This document shows positions 25,410 through 36,215 of a DNA stretch of 64,000 bases, piece after piece. How positions within the stretch are numbered: position 1 is the first letter of the stretch; each line of letters opens with the position of its first letter. This DNA comes from Candidatus Fervidifonticultor sextus (GTDB taxonomy: Bacteria; Sysuimicrobiota; Sysuimicrobiia; Sysuimicrobiales; Humicultoraceae), in NCBI GenBank assembly GCA_031459875.1, contig JAVKHQ010000001.1, positions 247,718 to 311,717 of the forward strand, read 5' to 3'. Position numbers and translations under genes: made by a program. The notes under the pieces were generated by a model, which had not been told where the DNA came from, made no database searches, and saw only the letters and a list, made by a program, of their open reading frames with translations.

Positions 25410-27509
25410 CTATCGCACCCGAGCCACCTGTTCCCGACGCCGCCGAACCAGTTCGCCCTCGAGGTCGGGGTATTCCACCCGCGGGTGCAGCATGCCGCTG
25501 AGGATGCGCACGAAGGCGGCGGCGATCCGGTCCAGTTCGCGGAACGTCAGCCCGCACTCATCGAGCTGGCCGTCCTCCAGCTTCTCGCGGATGAGGCGCC
25601 GGACGACCTCGTGGAGCCGTTCCGGCGTGGGCCGGTTGAGGGTGCGGACCGTGGCCTCTGTGGCGTCGGCCAGCATGACGATGGCCGTCTCGCGCGTCTG
25701 CGGCTTGGGGCCGTCGTATCGGAAGGCCGCCTCGTCCAGCGGATCGCCACGCTCCAGGGCCTGATGGAAGAAGTACGTCAGCAGCGCGGTGCCGTGGTGC
25801 TGGGGGATGAAGTCGGCCACCGCCTGCGGCAGGCCGTACTCGCGCGCCAGCTCCAGCCCATCCCGCACGTGGGCGCCCACCGTCAGGGCCGAGAGGCTCG
25901 GGCTCATCTTCTCGTGAGGATTCTCGATGCCGACCTGGTTCTCCACGAAGAACGCCGGCCGCCGCAACTTGCCCACATCGTGGTAGTAGGTCCCCACGCG
26001 GACCAGCAGGGCGTCTGCGCCGATCGCCTCGGCCGCGGCCTCGGCCAGGTTCCCGACCATGATGCTGTGGTGGTAGGTGCCAGGCGCCTCCAGCTGGAGG
26101 CGCCGCAGCAGCGGGTGCGCGGGGTTGGCCAGTTCGAGGAGTTTGATCGGCGTGATCAGGCCGAACAGCTGCTCCAGGAAGGGCAGCACACCAATCGTAA
26201 TGACCGCCGCCAGCAGACCGTTGCCCAGCGCGTAGGCAGCGTTGATGGCCAGGGTCTGATACTCCGACGGGCCTTCCGGGAGCCCGGCGCCGATCGCCGC
26301 GGCGGCGTTGACCAGCCCCACCAGGATCCCGGCTTTGCCGAAGTCCGACCGGCGGTGGATCTGACGGGTGGCGTACACCGCCACCAGGCCGCCGACGAAG
26401 GCCACGACCACCGGACCCAGGTCGCCTCCGGCGGCCAGACCCGTGAGGATCGCCAGCACCGGCGTAGAGAACAGCGCGAGCGGCGGCCGGAGCAGAATCG
26501 CCAGCAACATCGAGCCGGCGGCTGCGGGGGCCAGGAAGTTGGAGAACCGGGGGGCGCCCAGCACCTGGGCCAGGCCCACCGTGCTGACGACGAGCAGGCT
26601 CCACAGGATCACCAGACGGTCGCGCGCCCAGACCTCGGGCTGGAACTGCCAGAGGTAGGCGCCGGTGATCGCCAGCAGCAGGGCCACGATGACGATGAGT
26701 CCCGCGACCGCTCCCAGGGTGACGCGCGGCGGGTAGAGGCCAGCGATCCGCAGGATCTCCAGGTGCGCCCGCGTGACCACGTCGCCCTTGCGCAGGATGC
26801 TCTGCCCCCTCTGGACCCGGACGCGCACCGGCGCCACCAGGTTGGCGGCGGCCTGGCGCACCTCCAGCGTCCGGGCGGTGTCCACCTCCATCGTGGGGCG
26901 CAGCACCCCCACGGTGACCTCGCTGGCCAGCAGGGTCAGGCCCGGGGCCAGTCCCGCCGCCCGCACGATGGCGCGGGCCCGTTCCCGGGCAGAAAGCAGC
27001 GCATCCTCGCGCACGCCGTCGGCGAGGGTCTGCTCCACCGCGGTCATCGCCGTGCGCCGCGCGGCAGCCAGGCCGGCGGCGCTGGCACCGGCCGCGGCCG
27101 CCGCGGCCGCCGGGGACAGAGGGACTCCGACGGCCTGCTGGATGGCCTCGGCCCGGCCTGCTGGACCGGAGGCCACCCGCGCGGCCTCGATGGCGTCGAA
27201 CGCGACCGCCGCGGCCGCCACAGCCGCGGCCACCTGCGCAGGCGAGGGCCGCAGCACGGGCGGCGTGGCCCGCATCGCCTCGGCCCGCATGGCCTCGGTG
27301 CGGGCCTGGTCGACGAACTCGATGGTCCGCGGGGATTCCACGTCCCGCGGGCTGGGCTGCCCGACCTGCACCATCACCCCCGGCTGCAGGTAGTCGCCGG
27401 CCAGCATCCCCACCAGCAGGACCAGCGTCACCAGCCCGACGGAGGCGCGACGGACCCACAGCGGTCTAGAGCCCATCCAGGTGGCCAGGCGGCCGGACCC
27501 CCGGCGCAT
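25410..27509 (-). CDS. 7TM-HD phosphohydrolase (PgpH/YqfF-like, candidate c-di-AMP phosphodiesterase)
   Basis: Extracellular domain, 7 TM, EAPGTYHHS, YYHDVGK, FFVENQ, QHHGT, FRYDGPKPQ, MLAD. Confidence 0.92.
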   Translation of the reverse strand: MRRGSGRLATWMGSRPLWVRRASVGLVTLVLLVGMLAGDYLQPGVMVQVGQPSPRDVESPRTIEFVDQARTEAMRAEAMRATPPVLRPSPAQVAAAVAAAAVAFDAIEAARVASGPAGRAEAIQQAVGVPLSPAAAAAAAGASAAGLAAARRTAMTAVEQTLADGVREDALLSARERARAIVRAAGLAPGLTLLASEVTVGVLRPTMEVDTARTLEVRQAAANLVAPVRVRVQRGQSILRKGDVVTRAHLEILRIAGLYPPRVTLGAVAGLIVIVALLLAITGAYLWQFQPEVWARDRLVILWSLLVVSTVGLAQVLGAPRFSNFLAPAAAGSMLLAILLRPPLALFSTPVLAILTGLAAGGDLGPVVVAFVGGLVAVYATRQIHRRSDFGKAGILVGLVNAAAAIGAGLPEGPSEYQTLAINAAYALGNGLLAAVITIGVLPFLEQLFGLITPIKLLELANPAHPLLRRLQLEAPGTYHHSIMVGNLAEAAAEAIGADALLVRVGTYYHDVGKLRRPAFFVENQVGIENPHEKMSPSLSALTVGAHVRDGLELAREYGLPQAVADFIPQHHGTALLTYFFHQALERGDPLDEAAFRYDGPKPQTRETAIVMLADATEATVRTLNRPTPERLHEVVRRLIREKLEDGQLDECGLTFRELDRIAAAFVRILSGMLHPRVEYPDLEGELVRRRREQVARVR

Positions 27510-28504
27510 CAGCCGCTCCCCGACGACGGCTCGGCGCGCATCGCCTCGTAGCGCTCGTAGGCGCGCACGATGGTCTGGACGAGCTCGTGGCGCACGACGT
27601 CCCCTTCACCCAGGGACACGAAGGCGATGCCCTCGATGGCTCTGAAGATCTCCCGCGCCTCGACGAGGCCCGAGGTCCGGTCCCGCGGCAGGTCGATCTG
27701 CGTGATGTCGCCCGTCACCACCGCCTTGGAGCCGAACCCCATGCGCGTCAGGAACATCTTCATCTGCTCCCGCGTGGTGTTCTGGGCTTCGTCGAGGATG
27801 ATGAAGGCGTCGTTGAGGGTGCGACCGCGCATGAAGGCCAGCGGCACCACCTCGATGACGCCCCGCTCCATCAGACGCGCCACGCGCTCGGGGCCGACCA
27901 TCTCGTAGAGTGCGTCGTAGAGCGGCCTCAGGTAGGGATCTACCTTAGCCGCGATGTCGCCGGGCAGGAATCCGAGCTTCTCGCCGGCCTCGATGGCGGG
28001 CCGCGTCAGGACGAGCCGCTGGACGGACCGGGCCCGCAGGGCGACGGCGGCCATCGCGACGGCCAGGTACGTCTTCCCCGTCCCGGCCGGCCCGATGGCG
28101 AAGGTCAGGTCGTGGGTGCGGATGGCCTCGACGTAGGCCCGCTGCCCCGCGGTCCTGGGCGCGATCGGCTTCCCGGTCGGGGTAGTCAGCAGGACCTCTC
28201 CGCTGATCGTGATGCCGCCAGCTTCCGGCGGGGTGGGCCGGTTGCGCAGGGCGCGGCGGACATCGGCCGGCGTCACAGACTGGCCGCGGCGGGCCAGGGC
28301 CAGGATCTGGTCGAAGACGCGGACCGCGGCACCCACCTCGTCCGGGGTCCCGCGGATGACCAGGGCGCCGCCGCGCACGGTCACGGACGCACCGAGCTCC
28401 TTCTCCACGACCTCCAGCAGCGCGTCGTGCTGCCCGAGGACAGCGACCGCGTCCGCACCGGAGGGGAGCGGAATCGTCGCCTCGCTCACCGAAGGGTGGG
28501 CCAC
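27509..28504 (-). CDS. phoH: PhoH family ATPase
   Basis: [54 protein letters not shown]. Confidence 0.95.
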   Translation of the reverse strand: MAHPSVSEATIPLPSGADAVAVLGQHDALLEVVEKELGASVTVRGGALVIRGTPDEVGAAVRVFDQILALARRGQSVTPADVRRALRNRPTPPEAGGITISGEVLLTTPTGKPIAPRTAGQRAYVEAIRTHDLTFAIGPAGTGKTYLAVAMAAVALRARSVQRLVLTRPAIEAGEKLGFLPGDIAAKVDPYLRPLYDALYEMVGPERVARLMERGVIEVVPLAFMRGRTLNDAFIILDEAQNTTREQMKMFLTRMGFGSKAVVTGDITQIDLPRDRTSGLVEAREIFRAIEGIAFVSLGEGDVVRHELVQTIVRAYERYEAMRAEPSSGSG

Positions 28505-28565
28505 CCCGACCTCCTATCCGTTCGCCTTTCGGCAGGGAACAGGACCCCTCCTCCACCCCTGTGGG

Positions 28566-29018
28566 TCAGAGCAGGCGCCGAAGCCTCCGGAGGACCGCCG
28601 CCCGGTGGGCGGGCTTGCGGGGGACCACGATGATGGTGTTGTCGCCGGCGACCGTGCCGGCGATCTCCGGCCAGGCGGCCTCGTCGATGGCCTCGGCCAC
28701 CGTGCCGGCGCTGCCGGTGGTCGTCTTCACCAGGATCAGGCCCGAGCCTTCCTCGATGTCGGTGGCGTAGTCTGTCAGGGCGCGCCGCAGCCGGGCCTCC
28801 AGCGCCTGGGGGGACGGGCGCGCCGTCTGCGGAGCCTGGTACCGGTAGGCGCCGTCCCCGGTGGGGACCTTCACCAGGCCCAGCCGCTTGATGTCACGGG
28901 AGACCGTGGCCTGCGTGACCCGGATGCCCTGGCTGCGCAGCGCCGCCACCAGCGCGGCCTGGGTGGTGATGGGCCGGCTGGCGATGATCTGGAGGATGCG
29001 ACGCTCGCGCGGGCGCAC
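28566..29018 (-). CDS. argR: Arginine repressor
   Basis: TQATVSRDIKRLGLVKV, GTVAGDNTI. Confidence 0.95.
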   Translation of the reverse strand: MRPRERRILQIIASRPITTQAALVAALRSQGIRVTQATVSRDIKRLGLVKVPTGDGAYRYQAPQTARPSPQALEARLRRALTDYATDIEEGSGLILVKTTTGSAGTVAEAIDEAAWPEIAGTVAGDNTIIVVPRKPAHRAAVLRRLRRLL

Positions 29019-29026
29019 GAACGTCC

Positions 29027-30505
29027 CTAGCCGGGGGAGGCGTCAAGCAGGCGCGCCTCGGCGGCCCGCTGGTCGGCGGCGACCTGATCGAGCCAGGCGC
29101 GCTGCACGGCCAGCGCCGCCCGCGCACCGGCGATGGCCTCGCGGACCCTGCCCGGCGCCGTGCCGCCCGGAACGTCCTTGGCCGCCACCGCCCCCTCCGG
29201 GGTCACGGCCTCCAGAACGTCCGCCTCGAACAGCGGCGAGATCCGTCGGTAGGCCTCCAGGGGGAGTTCCCACAATTCGCACCGGGCGGCCTCAGCGGCC
29301 TGCACCACCCGGCCCGCCAGGTGGTGCGCCTCCCTGAACGGGACGCCGCGGCGGACCAGGTAGTCAGCGACCTCGGTGGCGGTGAGGAACCCACCCCGCA
29401 GCGCCGCGGCCATGCGGTCCCGGTGGACGACCATCCGCGAGACCACCAGGTGCATCGCCGCCAGCGCCGCCTCGGCGGCGGCGAACGCGGTCGCTGCGGC
29501 GGCCTTGTCCTCCTGGAGGTCCCGGTTGTACCCCGGCGGCAGGCCCTTGAGCACGGCGGCCAGGCCCGTCAGGGCCCCGATCCCGACCCCGGCCTGGGCG
29601 CGGGTGAGTTCCAGCAAGTCCGGGTTGCGCTTCTGGGGCATCAGGCTGCTGCCGGTCATCAGGGCGTCGGGGAGCCCGATGAAGCCGAACTCCTGGGTGG
29701 TCCACAGGATGAGCTCTTCCGCCCACCGCGAGAGGTGGATCAACAACCCCGCCACCGCGGCGACGGCCTCCAGCACGAAGTCGCGGTCGCCGGTGGCGTC
29801 GACGCTGTTCTCGCTGATCTGCGCGAAGCCGAGCATGGCCGCCTGCGCAGCCCGGTCCACGGGAAAGCCGGAGCCGGCAATCGCCCCGGACCCCAGGGGT
29901 GAGACGTCGAGGCGGAGGAAGGCGTCGCGCAGCCGTCCGGCGTCGCGGGACAGCATCCAGAAGTAGGCCAGCCAGTGGTGGGCGAGCAGCACGGGCTGGG
30001 CGCGCTGCAGGTGGGTATAGGCCGGCAGCAGCACCTCGTCTGCCTCCCCGAGGCGGTCAGTGATCGCGGCCTGCAACCCGGTGATCCCGGCCACCAGCCG
30101 TCGGATGCGGTCCTTCAAGGCGAGGCGGAACGCGGTCACCACCTGGTCGTTGCGGCTGCGGCCGGCGTGCAGCCAGCCCGCCGCCGGCCCCAGGCGGGCG
30201 GCGAGCGTGGCCTCGATGAAAGAGTGCACATCCTCATAGTCGCCGTCAGGGACCAGCGTGCCGGCCTCGGCCTCGGCCAGCATCGCCCGCAGCGTGCGGC
30301 CCAGCGAGGCGGCGGCGTCCGCCGGGACGACCCCGGCCGAGGCCAGCGAGGTGAGGTGCGCCAGACTGCCCAGCAGATCCCAGCGCAGCAGGGAGCGGTC
30401 CACCGGCAGCGAGGTGAGCAGCGGGGCGATGCGGGGGTCCGGCTCTTCGGTGAACCGGCCCCCCCACATCAGGTAGCGCTCGGACGGCTCAGCGGACGGG
30501 CTCAC
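29027..30505 (-). CDS. argH: Argininosuccinate lyase
   Basis: WGGRF, EDVHS, GRSRNDQV, YTHLQRAQP, GSSLMPQKRNPD, YNRDLQEDK. Confidence 0.96.
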   Translation of the reverse strand: MSPSAEPSERYLMWGGRFTEEPDPRIAPLLTSLPVDRSLLRWDLLGSLAHLTSLASAGVVPADAAASLGRTLRAMLAEAEAGTLVPDGDYEDVHSFIEATLAARLGPAAGWLHAGRSRNDQVVTAFRLALKDRIRRLVAGITGLQAAITDRLGEADEVLLPAYTHLQRAQPVLLAHHWLAYFWMLSRDAGRLRDAFLRLDVSPLGSGAIAGSGFPVDRAAQAAMLGFAQISENSVDATGDRDFVLEAVAAVAGLLIHLSRWAEELILWTTQEFGFIGLPDALMTGSSLMPQKRNPDLLELTRAQAGVGIGALTGLAAVLKGLPPGYNRDLQEDKAAAATAFAAAEAALAAMHLVVSRMVVHRDRMAAALRGGFLTATEVADYLVRRGVPFREAHHLAGRVVQAAEAARCELWELPLEAYRRISPLFEADVLEAVTPEGAVAAKDVPGGTAPGRVREAIAGARAALAVQRAWLDQVAADQRAAEARLLDASPG

Positions 30506-31718
30506 GGAGCGTGCGGATCAGATGGGGGTTGACCTGTGCGAAGGTCTTGGTCGGCAGGCCCCACAGGGTGATGAAGGCGCCGGCGTCGCGCTGGTTGTAG
30601 ACCGCGTCCTCCCCGAAGGTGGCCAGGTCGGGGTTGTACAGCGAGCAGGGCGACCGACGGCCCACGGCCGAGGCGGTGCCCTTGTACAGGCGCATGCGCA
30701 CGGTTCCGGTGACGGTCCGCTGGGTGGCCGAGACGAACGCGTCGAAGGCCTGGCGCAGCGGTGAGAACCACTGGCCGTAGTAGACCAGTTCGGCATAGCG
30801 CGGCCCGATCAGCATCTTGTAGTGGGCGCACTCACGCTCCAGGGTGATCGCCTCCAGGTCCCGGTGGGCGGCGGTGAGCACCGTGCCGCCCGGGGTCTCA
30901 TAGACGCCGCGGGTCTTCATCCCGACCAGACGGTTCTCGACCATGTCCATGCGCCCGACGCCGTGCCGGGCACCGGCGGCATTCAGCCGCTCCATCAGCA
31001 CCAGGGGATCCAGCCGCTCCCCGTCCAGCCCGACGGGGCGACCTTCCTCAAAGTCCAGGTCCAGGTACTCCGGCTCATCCGGCGCCGACCGCGGGTCGGC
31101 CGTGTACTGGTAGAGGTCGTCGGGCGGCTCGGCCCAGATGTCCTCCAGGATCCCGGCCTCGCTGCTGCAGTGCCAGAGATTCCGATCCACGCTGTAGGGC
31201 CGGGCCCGGGTTGCCGGGATCGGCACACCATGGGCCTCCGCGTACTCGATGGCCTGTTCGCGGCCGCGGATGTGCCACTCGCGCCAGGGCGCGATGACCC
31301 GCAGGTGCGGGGCCAGCGCCTGGTAGGCGAGTTCAAAGCGGACCTGGTCGTTGCCCTTGCCCGTGCAGCCGTGCGCCAGCGCGTCCGCGCCCTCGGCCAG
31401 CGCGACTTCGACCTGGGTCTTGGCGATGAGCGGCCGGGCGATCGCCGTCCCGAGCATGTAGCGGCCCTCGTAGACGGCGCCGGCCTGTACCATCGGGATC
31501 AGGTAGTCGGTCACGAAGGTCCGGCGGACGTCCACGACGTGCGCAGAGGCAGCGCCGCTGGCCAGCGCCTTGGCCCGGATCGCCGCCAGGTCCTCGCCCT
31601 GCCCGATGTCGGCGATGACCGCGATGACCTGGCACCCGTAGGTCTCGCGCAGCCACGGGATGGCCACCGAGGTGTCCAGCCCTCCAGAATACGCCAGTGC
31701 AACCTTCCTGATGCTCAT
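30489..31718 (-). CDS. argG: Argininosuccinate synthase
   Basis: LAYSGGLDTS, HGCTGKGNDQVRFE, ENRLVGMK.RGVYETPG. Confidence 0.97.
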   Translation of the reverse strand: MSIRKVALAYSGGLDTSVAIPWLRETYGCQVIAVIADIGQGEDLAAIRAKALASGAASAHVVDVRRTFVTDYLIPMVQAGAVYEGRYMLGTAIARPLIAKTQVEVALAEGADALAHGCTGKGNDQVRFELAYQALAPHLRVIAPWREWHIRGREQAIEYAEAHGVPIPATRARPYSVDRNLWHCSSEAGILEDIWAEPPDDLYQYTADPRSAPDEPEYLDLDFEEGRPVGLDGERLDPLVLMERLNAAGARHGVGRMDMVENRLVGMKTRGVYETPGGTVLTAAHRDLEAITLERECAHYKMLIGPRYAELVYYGQWFSPLRQAFDAFVSATQRTVTGTVRMRLYKGTASAVGRRSPCSLYNPDLATFGEDAVYNQRDAGAFITLWGLPTKTFAQVNPHLIRTLREPVR

Positions 31719-31745
31719 CGTCCTGCTCCTCTCGACCCGTGGTCG

Positions 31746-32966
31746 TCATGGTGACCGGGCGGGAATGCCGGTCCCGGCCGCAGTGTGCACGGCTGACAGC
31801 ACCCGTTCCAGGATGGCGACCGCCTGGTCGATCTCATCGGGCCCGACGATCAGCGGCGGGGCCAGCCGCAGCGTGGTGGACTGCACCGCGTTGACCAGCA
31901 GTCCTTCGGCGCGGCAGCGGTCTACCACCGGGGCGGCCTCGCCGTGGAGGTCCAGACCCACCAGCAGCCCGCGCCCGCGCACCGCCGCTGCCAGCCCCCG
32001 GTCGACCAGCCCCCACAGCCCTGAGGCCAGGCGCGCCCCCATCGCCGCCGCGCGCTCGGGCAGGCGCTCCTCGATCACGGTGGAGAGCACCGTCAGGGCC
32101 GCGCGGCAGGCCAGCGGATTGCCGCCGAAGGTGCTGCCGTGATCGCCAGGCGCAAACACCGAGGCCGGCTCCCGGGCCAGCAGGGCCCCGATGGGGAATC
32201 CGCCGCCCAGCCCTTTGGCGAGCGTGAGCACGTCGGGGACGACCCCCTCGTGCTGGTAGGCGAAGAGGGTCCCGGTCCGGCCGATGCCGGTCTGGACCTC
32301 GTCGAACATCAGCAGCAGGTCGCAGGCGTCGCACAGCGCGCGTACTCCGGCCAGGTAGCCGGGCGCGGCCGGATGGATCCCGCCCTCGCCCTGGATCGGT
32401 TCCAGGAGCACCGCACAGGTGCGTTCCCCGATTGCCCCCCGCAGGGCGTCCAGGTCGTTGAAGGGCACCGCGGCGAACCCCGGCGGCAGCGGGGCGAATG
32501 GCTGCTGGTACTTGGGCTGCATGGTCGCGGCCAGCGTCCCCATCGTACGGCCGTGAAAGGAGTGCTGCGCCACGATGATCTCGAACCGGTCCCGCCCGTC
32601 GCGCCGGCCCCACTTGCGCGCCAGCTTGATGGCCGCCTCGTTGGCCTCGGCCCCGCTGTTGCAGAAGAAGGCGCGGTCGAACGCCGAGTGCTCCACAAGC
32701 CACTGGGCCAGGTCGGCCTGCTCGGCGATGTGGAACAGGTTGGAGACATGGATCATCCGGGCGGCCTGGGCCGAAATCGCGCCGACCAGCCGGGGGTGGT
32801 TGTGGCCCAGCACGCTGGTGGCGATCCCGCCGATGAAGTCCAGGTAGCGCCGGCCCTCCAGGTCCACCAGCCACACGCCCTCCCCGTGGGAGAAGGTCAC
32901 CGGCGCCCGCCGGTAGGTGGGCATCAGGTAGCGCTCCGTCTTCGCCATGACCTCCTCGGTCGTCAT
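31746..32966 (-). CDS. argD: Acetylornithine aminotransferase
   Basis: FFCNSGAEANEAAIKLARK, SFHGRT, EPIQGEGG, DEVQTGIGRTG, LAKGLGGG, HGSTFGGNPL. Confidence 0.95.
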   Translation of the reverse strand: MTTEEVMAKTERYLMPTYRRAPVTFSHGEGVWLVDLEGRRYLDFIGGIATSVLGHNHPRLVGAISAQAARMIHVSNLFHIAEQADLAQWLVEHSAFDRAFFCNSGAEANEAAIKLARKWGRRDGRDRFEIIVAQHSFHGRTMGTLAATMQPKYQQPFAPLPPGFAAVPFNDLDALRGAIGERTCAVLLEPIQGEGGIHPAAPGYLAGVRALCDACDLLLMFDEVQTGIGRTGTLFAYQHEGVVPDVLTLAKGLGGGFPIGALLAREPASVFAPGDHGSTFGGNPLACRAALTVLSTVIEERLPERAAAMGARLASGLWGLVDRGLAAAVRGRGLLVGLDLHGEAAPVVDRCRAEGLLVNAVQSTTLRLAPPLIVGPDEIDQAVAILERVLSAVHTAAGTGIPARSP

Positions 32967-33946
32967 CCTCCACCTCCCGGCGTGATCATGGTCCCGATGC
33001 CCTCCTCGGTGAACAGTTCGAGCAGCAGGGCATGGGGCGCCTCGGTCCCGATGATGTGGGCGCTGGGCACACCCTGATCCAACGCGGCCAGGCAGGCTTC
33101 GACCTTCGGGACCATCCCCCGCGAGATGGTCCCGTCGGCGAGCAGCCGGCGGGCCTGGGCGGCGGTCAGACTGGAGAGCAACACCGACCGCCCGCCGTCG
33201 GAGCGCATGACGCCCGGGACGTCGGTCAGGATGATGAGTTTGCTGGCACCCACGGCGGCGGCCAGCGCGCCCGCCGCATGGTCGGCGTTCAGGTTGAGGC
33301 TGACCCCGTCCTCGCCGATCCCGATCGAGGCGATGACCGGAATGTGCCCGGCCCCGCTGATCGTCTCGAGGACCGCGGCGCGGACCTCCACGACCTCGCC
33401 CACCAGCCCGAGATCTGTCGGCCCGGACAGCCGGCGCGCCCGCAGGAGGCCGGCATCCTTCCCCGAGAGGCCCACGGCGCTGCCGCCTGCCCTTCCGATC
33501 ATGGCCACCAGGGCCTTGTTGGCCCGTCCGGCCAGGACCATCTCGACGATCTCCATCGTCTCCTCATCGGTCACGCGCAGCCCGTCGACGAACCGGGTCT
33601 GCTTGCCGACCCGGTCGAGCATCCGGGTGATCTCCGGCCCGCCGCCATGGACGAGGATCGGGTTGACACCGGCGGCCTTGAGCAGGACCAGGTCTTCGAC
33701 CACCGTGCCGGCCGTGCCGGCCTCCAGCACGCTGCCGCCGTACTTGATCACGACGGTCTTGCCGCGCCAGGCCGCCGCATACCGCACACCGGCCGCGATC
33801 AGCCGGGCCTCAGTGGCGAGAGCGATGGTCGATCCTGCGGTTGGCCCGGAGGCCTGTCCCCCCGCCGACGCCGCCAGCGCCGCGGTGCCGCCTGTGGCCC
33901 CCGGCGGGATCGGCTTAGTCCGCTGCGGCGCGCGGCGCGGCGTCAC
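32963..33946 (-). CDS. argB: Acetylglutamate kinase
   Basis: VIKYGGS, VHGGGPEI, FVDGLRVTD, NLNADHAA, GMVPKV; GTGA overlap with argJ stop (start uncertain). Confidence 0.94.
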   Translation of the reverse strand: MTPRRAPQRTKPIPPGATGGTAALAASAGGQASGPTAGSTIALATEARLIAAGVRYAAAWRGKTVVIKYGGSVLEAGTAGTVVEDLVLLKAAGVNPILVHGGGPEITRMLDRVGKQTRFVDGLRVTDEETMEIVEMVLAGRANKALVAMIGRAGGSAVGLSGKDAGLLRARRLSGPTDLGLVGEVVEVRAAVLETISGAGHIPVIASIGIGEDGVSLNLNADHAAGALAAAVGASKLIILTDVPGVMRSDGGRSVLLSSLTAAQARRLLADGTISRGMVPKVEACLAALDQGVPSAHIIGTEAPHALLLELFTEEGIGTMITPGGGG

Positions 33947-35160
33947 GTCAGGTACCCGCTGTTGATCCGGACGTAGGTCTCGCCCAGATCGCTGGTCCAC
34001 CCTGTGAAAGCCCCCTCGCCCAGGCCCAGGTCGATCACCACGCGCACCAGGGCTTCGCGCACCAACGGTTCCGCCAGCGGGTAGGCCTCGGCGATCCCCA
34101 CGCCATCGCGCACGATGACCACGTCGCCGATGGCGATGGCGAGGCGGCCGGGATCCACCTCGGCCCCGCTGCGGCCGACCGCCGCCGCGAGACGGCCCCA
34201 GTTGAGTTCGGCGCCGTGGAAGGCGGTCTTGACCAGCAGCGACGTCATCACGGTCTGTCCGGCCCGGCGGGCGTCCGCGTCCGAGCGCGCGCCGCGCACC
34301 GTGACCTGGATGACCCGCGTCGTCCCTTCGCCGTCCTCCACGATCCGCCGGGCGAGCCGGCCGGCCACCTCGGTCAGACCCGCGAGGAAGGCGGCGTAGC
34401 GGGCGTCCTGCCCGGCAATGGGCGAGATGCCGGCGGCTCCGTTGGCCAGCAGGAAGACGCTGTCGCTGGTGCTGGTGTCGCCGTCCACGCTGATGCAGTT
34501 GAACGTCTGGTCGACCGCCGAGCGCAACGCCGCTCGCAGCAGCGCCGGGTGGACCGCGGCATCGGTGGTGAGCACCGCGATCATCGTCGCCATGTTGGGG
34601 TGGATCATGCCCGCGCCCTTGGCGATCCCGCCGATGCTGACCAGGCCGTCGCCCAGATGGACCTGTGCCGCCGCGGTCTTCGGGAAGGCGTCCGTCGTCA
34701 TGATGGCCTGAGCCGCGGCCAGGCCGTCGGACCCCAGCGCGCCGACCAGTGCCGGCATCGCGGCGGTGATCTTCTCGATCGGCAGCGGTCGGCCGATCAC
34801 GCCGGTGCTGGCCACCAGCACCAGGTCGGGCGCGATGCCCAGCGCCGCGGCCGCGGCATCAGCCATGGTCTGCGCGTCGGCGGCGCCCCGGGCCCCGGTA
34901 CAGGCGTTGGCGTTGCCGCTGTTGATCACCACGGCCTGGGCGCGACCTGAGGCGAGCCTGGCCTCGCTCAGGATCACGGGGGCCGAGCGCATCAGGTTGG
35001 TCGTGAAGGTGCCCGCGGCCGCTGCTGGGTGCTGGGAAACGATCAGGGCCAGGTCGCTGCCGGCCGGCTTGATGCCGCAGCGGATGCCGGCGGCCCGATA
35101 GCCCCGGGGGGTCGTCACGGTGCCCTCCACCGGCGTCACCTGCAGGGGCAGCGTAGCCAT
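33943..35160 (-). CDS. argJ: Bifunctional ornithine acetyltransferase/N-acetylglutamate synthase
   Basis: NSGNANACTG, ASTGVIG, IMTTD, AKGAGMIHPNMATM, VDGDTSTSD, DGEG. Confidence 0.96.
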   Translation of the reverse strand: MATLPLQVTPVEGTVTTPRGYRAAGIRCGIKPAGSDLALIVSQHPAAAAGTFTTNLMRSAPVILSEARLASGRAQAVVINSGNANACTGARGAADAQTMADAAAAALGIAPDLVLVASTGVIGRPLPIEKITAAMPALVGALGSDGLAAAQAIMTTDAFPKTAAAQVHLGDGLVSIGGIAKGAGMIHPNMATMIAVLTTDAAVHPALLRAALRSAVDQTFNCISVDGDTSTSDSVFLLANGAAGISPIAGQDARYAAFLAGLTEVAGRLARRIVEDGEGTTRVIQVTVRGARSDADARRAGQTVMTSLLVKTAFHGAELNWGRLAAAVGRSGAEVDPGRLAIAIGDVVIVRDGVGIAEAYPLAEPLVREALVRVVIDLGLGEGAFTGWTSDLGETYVRINSGYLT

Positions 35161-35177
35161 GAACTCACCTCACCGCG

Positions 35178-36215
35178 CTAGGGGAACAGGGGCGGGCCAT
35201 CGAGCCCCATGCGCTCGGGGAACCCGCACATGATGTTCATGTTCTGGATCGCCTGTCCGGACGCGCCCTTGACCAGGTTGTCGATGGCGGCCATGACGAT
35301 GAGCACCCCGGTCCGGGAATCGACCCGGACCGCCACATCGCAGTAGTTGGAGCCGTAGGTCGCCTTGGTCTGCGGCAGGCCGCCCGGCAGTACGCGGACG
35401 AACGGCTCCTTCGCGTACGCTTCCATCAGGATGCCCTCGGCCTCGGCTGCGGTCAGGCCGTGGGCCAGGCGCAGGTAGGCGGTGGCCAGGATGCCGCGGG
35501 TCATGGGGATCAGGTGGGGCGTGAAGGTCACGGGCATGGGCCTACCGGCCAGCGCCGCCACCTCCTGTTCGATCTCGGGGATATGCCGGTGCGCGGCGAC
35601 GTTGTAGGGTCTGACGTTCTCGTTGACCTCGGAGAAGTGCACACCCGGCGACGCCCCCCGGCCTGCGCCCGAGATCCCGGACTTGGCGTCGATGATGAGG
35701 CCGTTGCGCTCCACGACACCCGCCTTGATGAAGGGGGCGATGGCAATGAGCGCGGCAGTGGGATAGCATCCCGGGTTCCCCACGATGCGCGACCGGGCGA
35801 TCTCCTCGCGATGGAGTTCCGGCTGGCCGTAGACCGCCTCAGCCAGCAGGTCGGGGGCGGCGTGCTCCGTCTGGTACCACCGCGCGTAGACCGCCGGGTC
35901 GCGGAACCGGAAGTCGGCGCCGAGGTCGACCATCCGCGTCTGCGGCCCCAGCCTGGGGGCCATCTGCATGGCCATCCCGTTGGGCAGCGCGAAGAAGACC
36001 ACGTCGGAGTCGGCACCGATGGCGTCCAGGTCGGCGCCCTCGGTGGTGTGCGGCACCAGCCCCCGCAGGTTGGGGAAGACCTCACCGTAGGGCTCGGCCT
36101 TGCGGCTCTCGGCGGTCAGGTGGACCAGGGTGACCTCGGGGTGCGCGTAGAGCAGCCGGACCAGCTCTCCGCCGCCGTACCCAGAGGCGCCGATGATGCT
36201 CACACGGACCGGCAT
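35178..36215 (-). CDS. argC: N-acetyl-gamma-glutamyl-phosphate reductase
   Basis: IIGASGYGGGEL, DLGADFR, NPGCYPT, AKSGISGAGR, HRHIPEI, DNLVKGASGQA; ATG 36215 preferred (GTG 36230 lies inside the promoter). Confidence 0.96.
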   Translation of the reverse strand: MPVRVSIIGASGYGGGELVRLLYAHPEVTLVHLTAESRKAEPYGEVFPNLRGLVPHTTEGADLDAIGADSDVVFFALPNGMAMQMAPRLGPQTRMVDLGADFRFRDPAVYARWYQTEHAAPDLLAEAVYGQPELHREEIARSRIVGNPGCYPTAALIAIAPFIKAGVVERNGLIIDAKSGISGAGRGASPGVHFSEVNENVRPYNVAAHRHIPEIEQEVAALAGRPMPVTFTPHLIPMTRGILATAYLRLAHGLTAAEAEGILMEAYAKEPFVRVLPGGLPQTKATYGSNYCDVAVRVDSRTGVLIVMAAIDNLVKGASGQAIQNMNIMCGFPERMGLDGPPLFP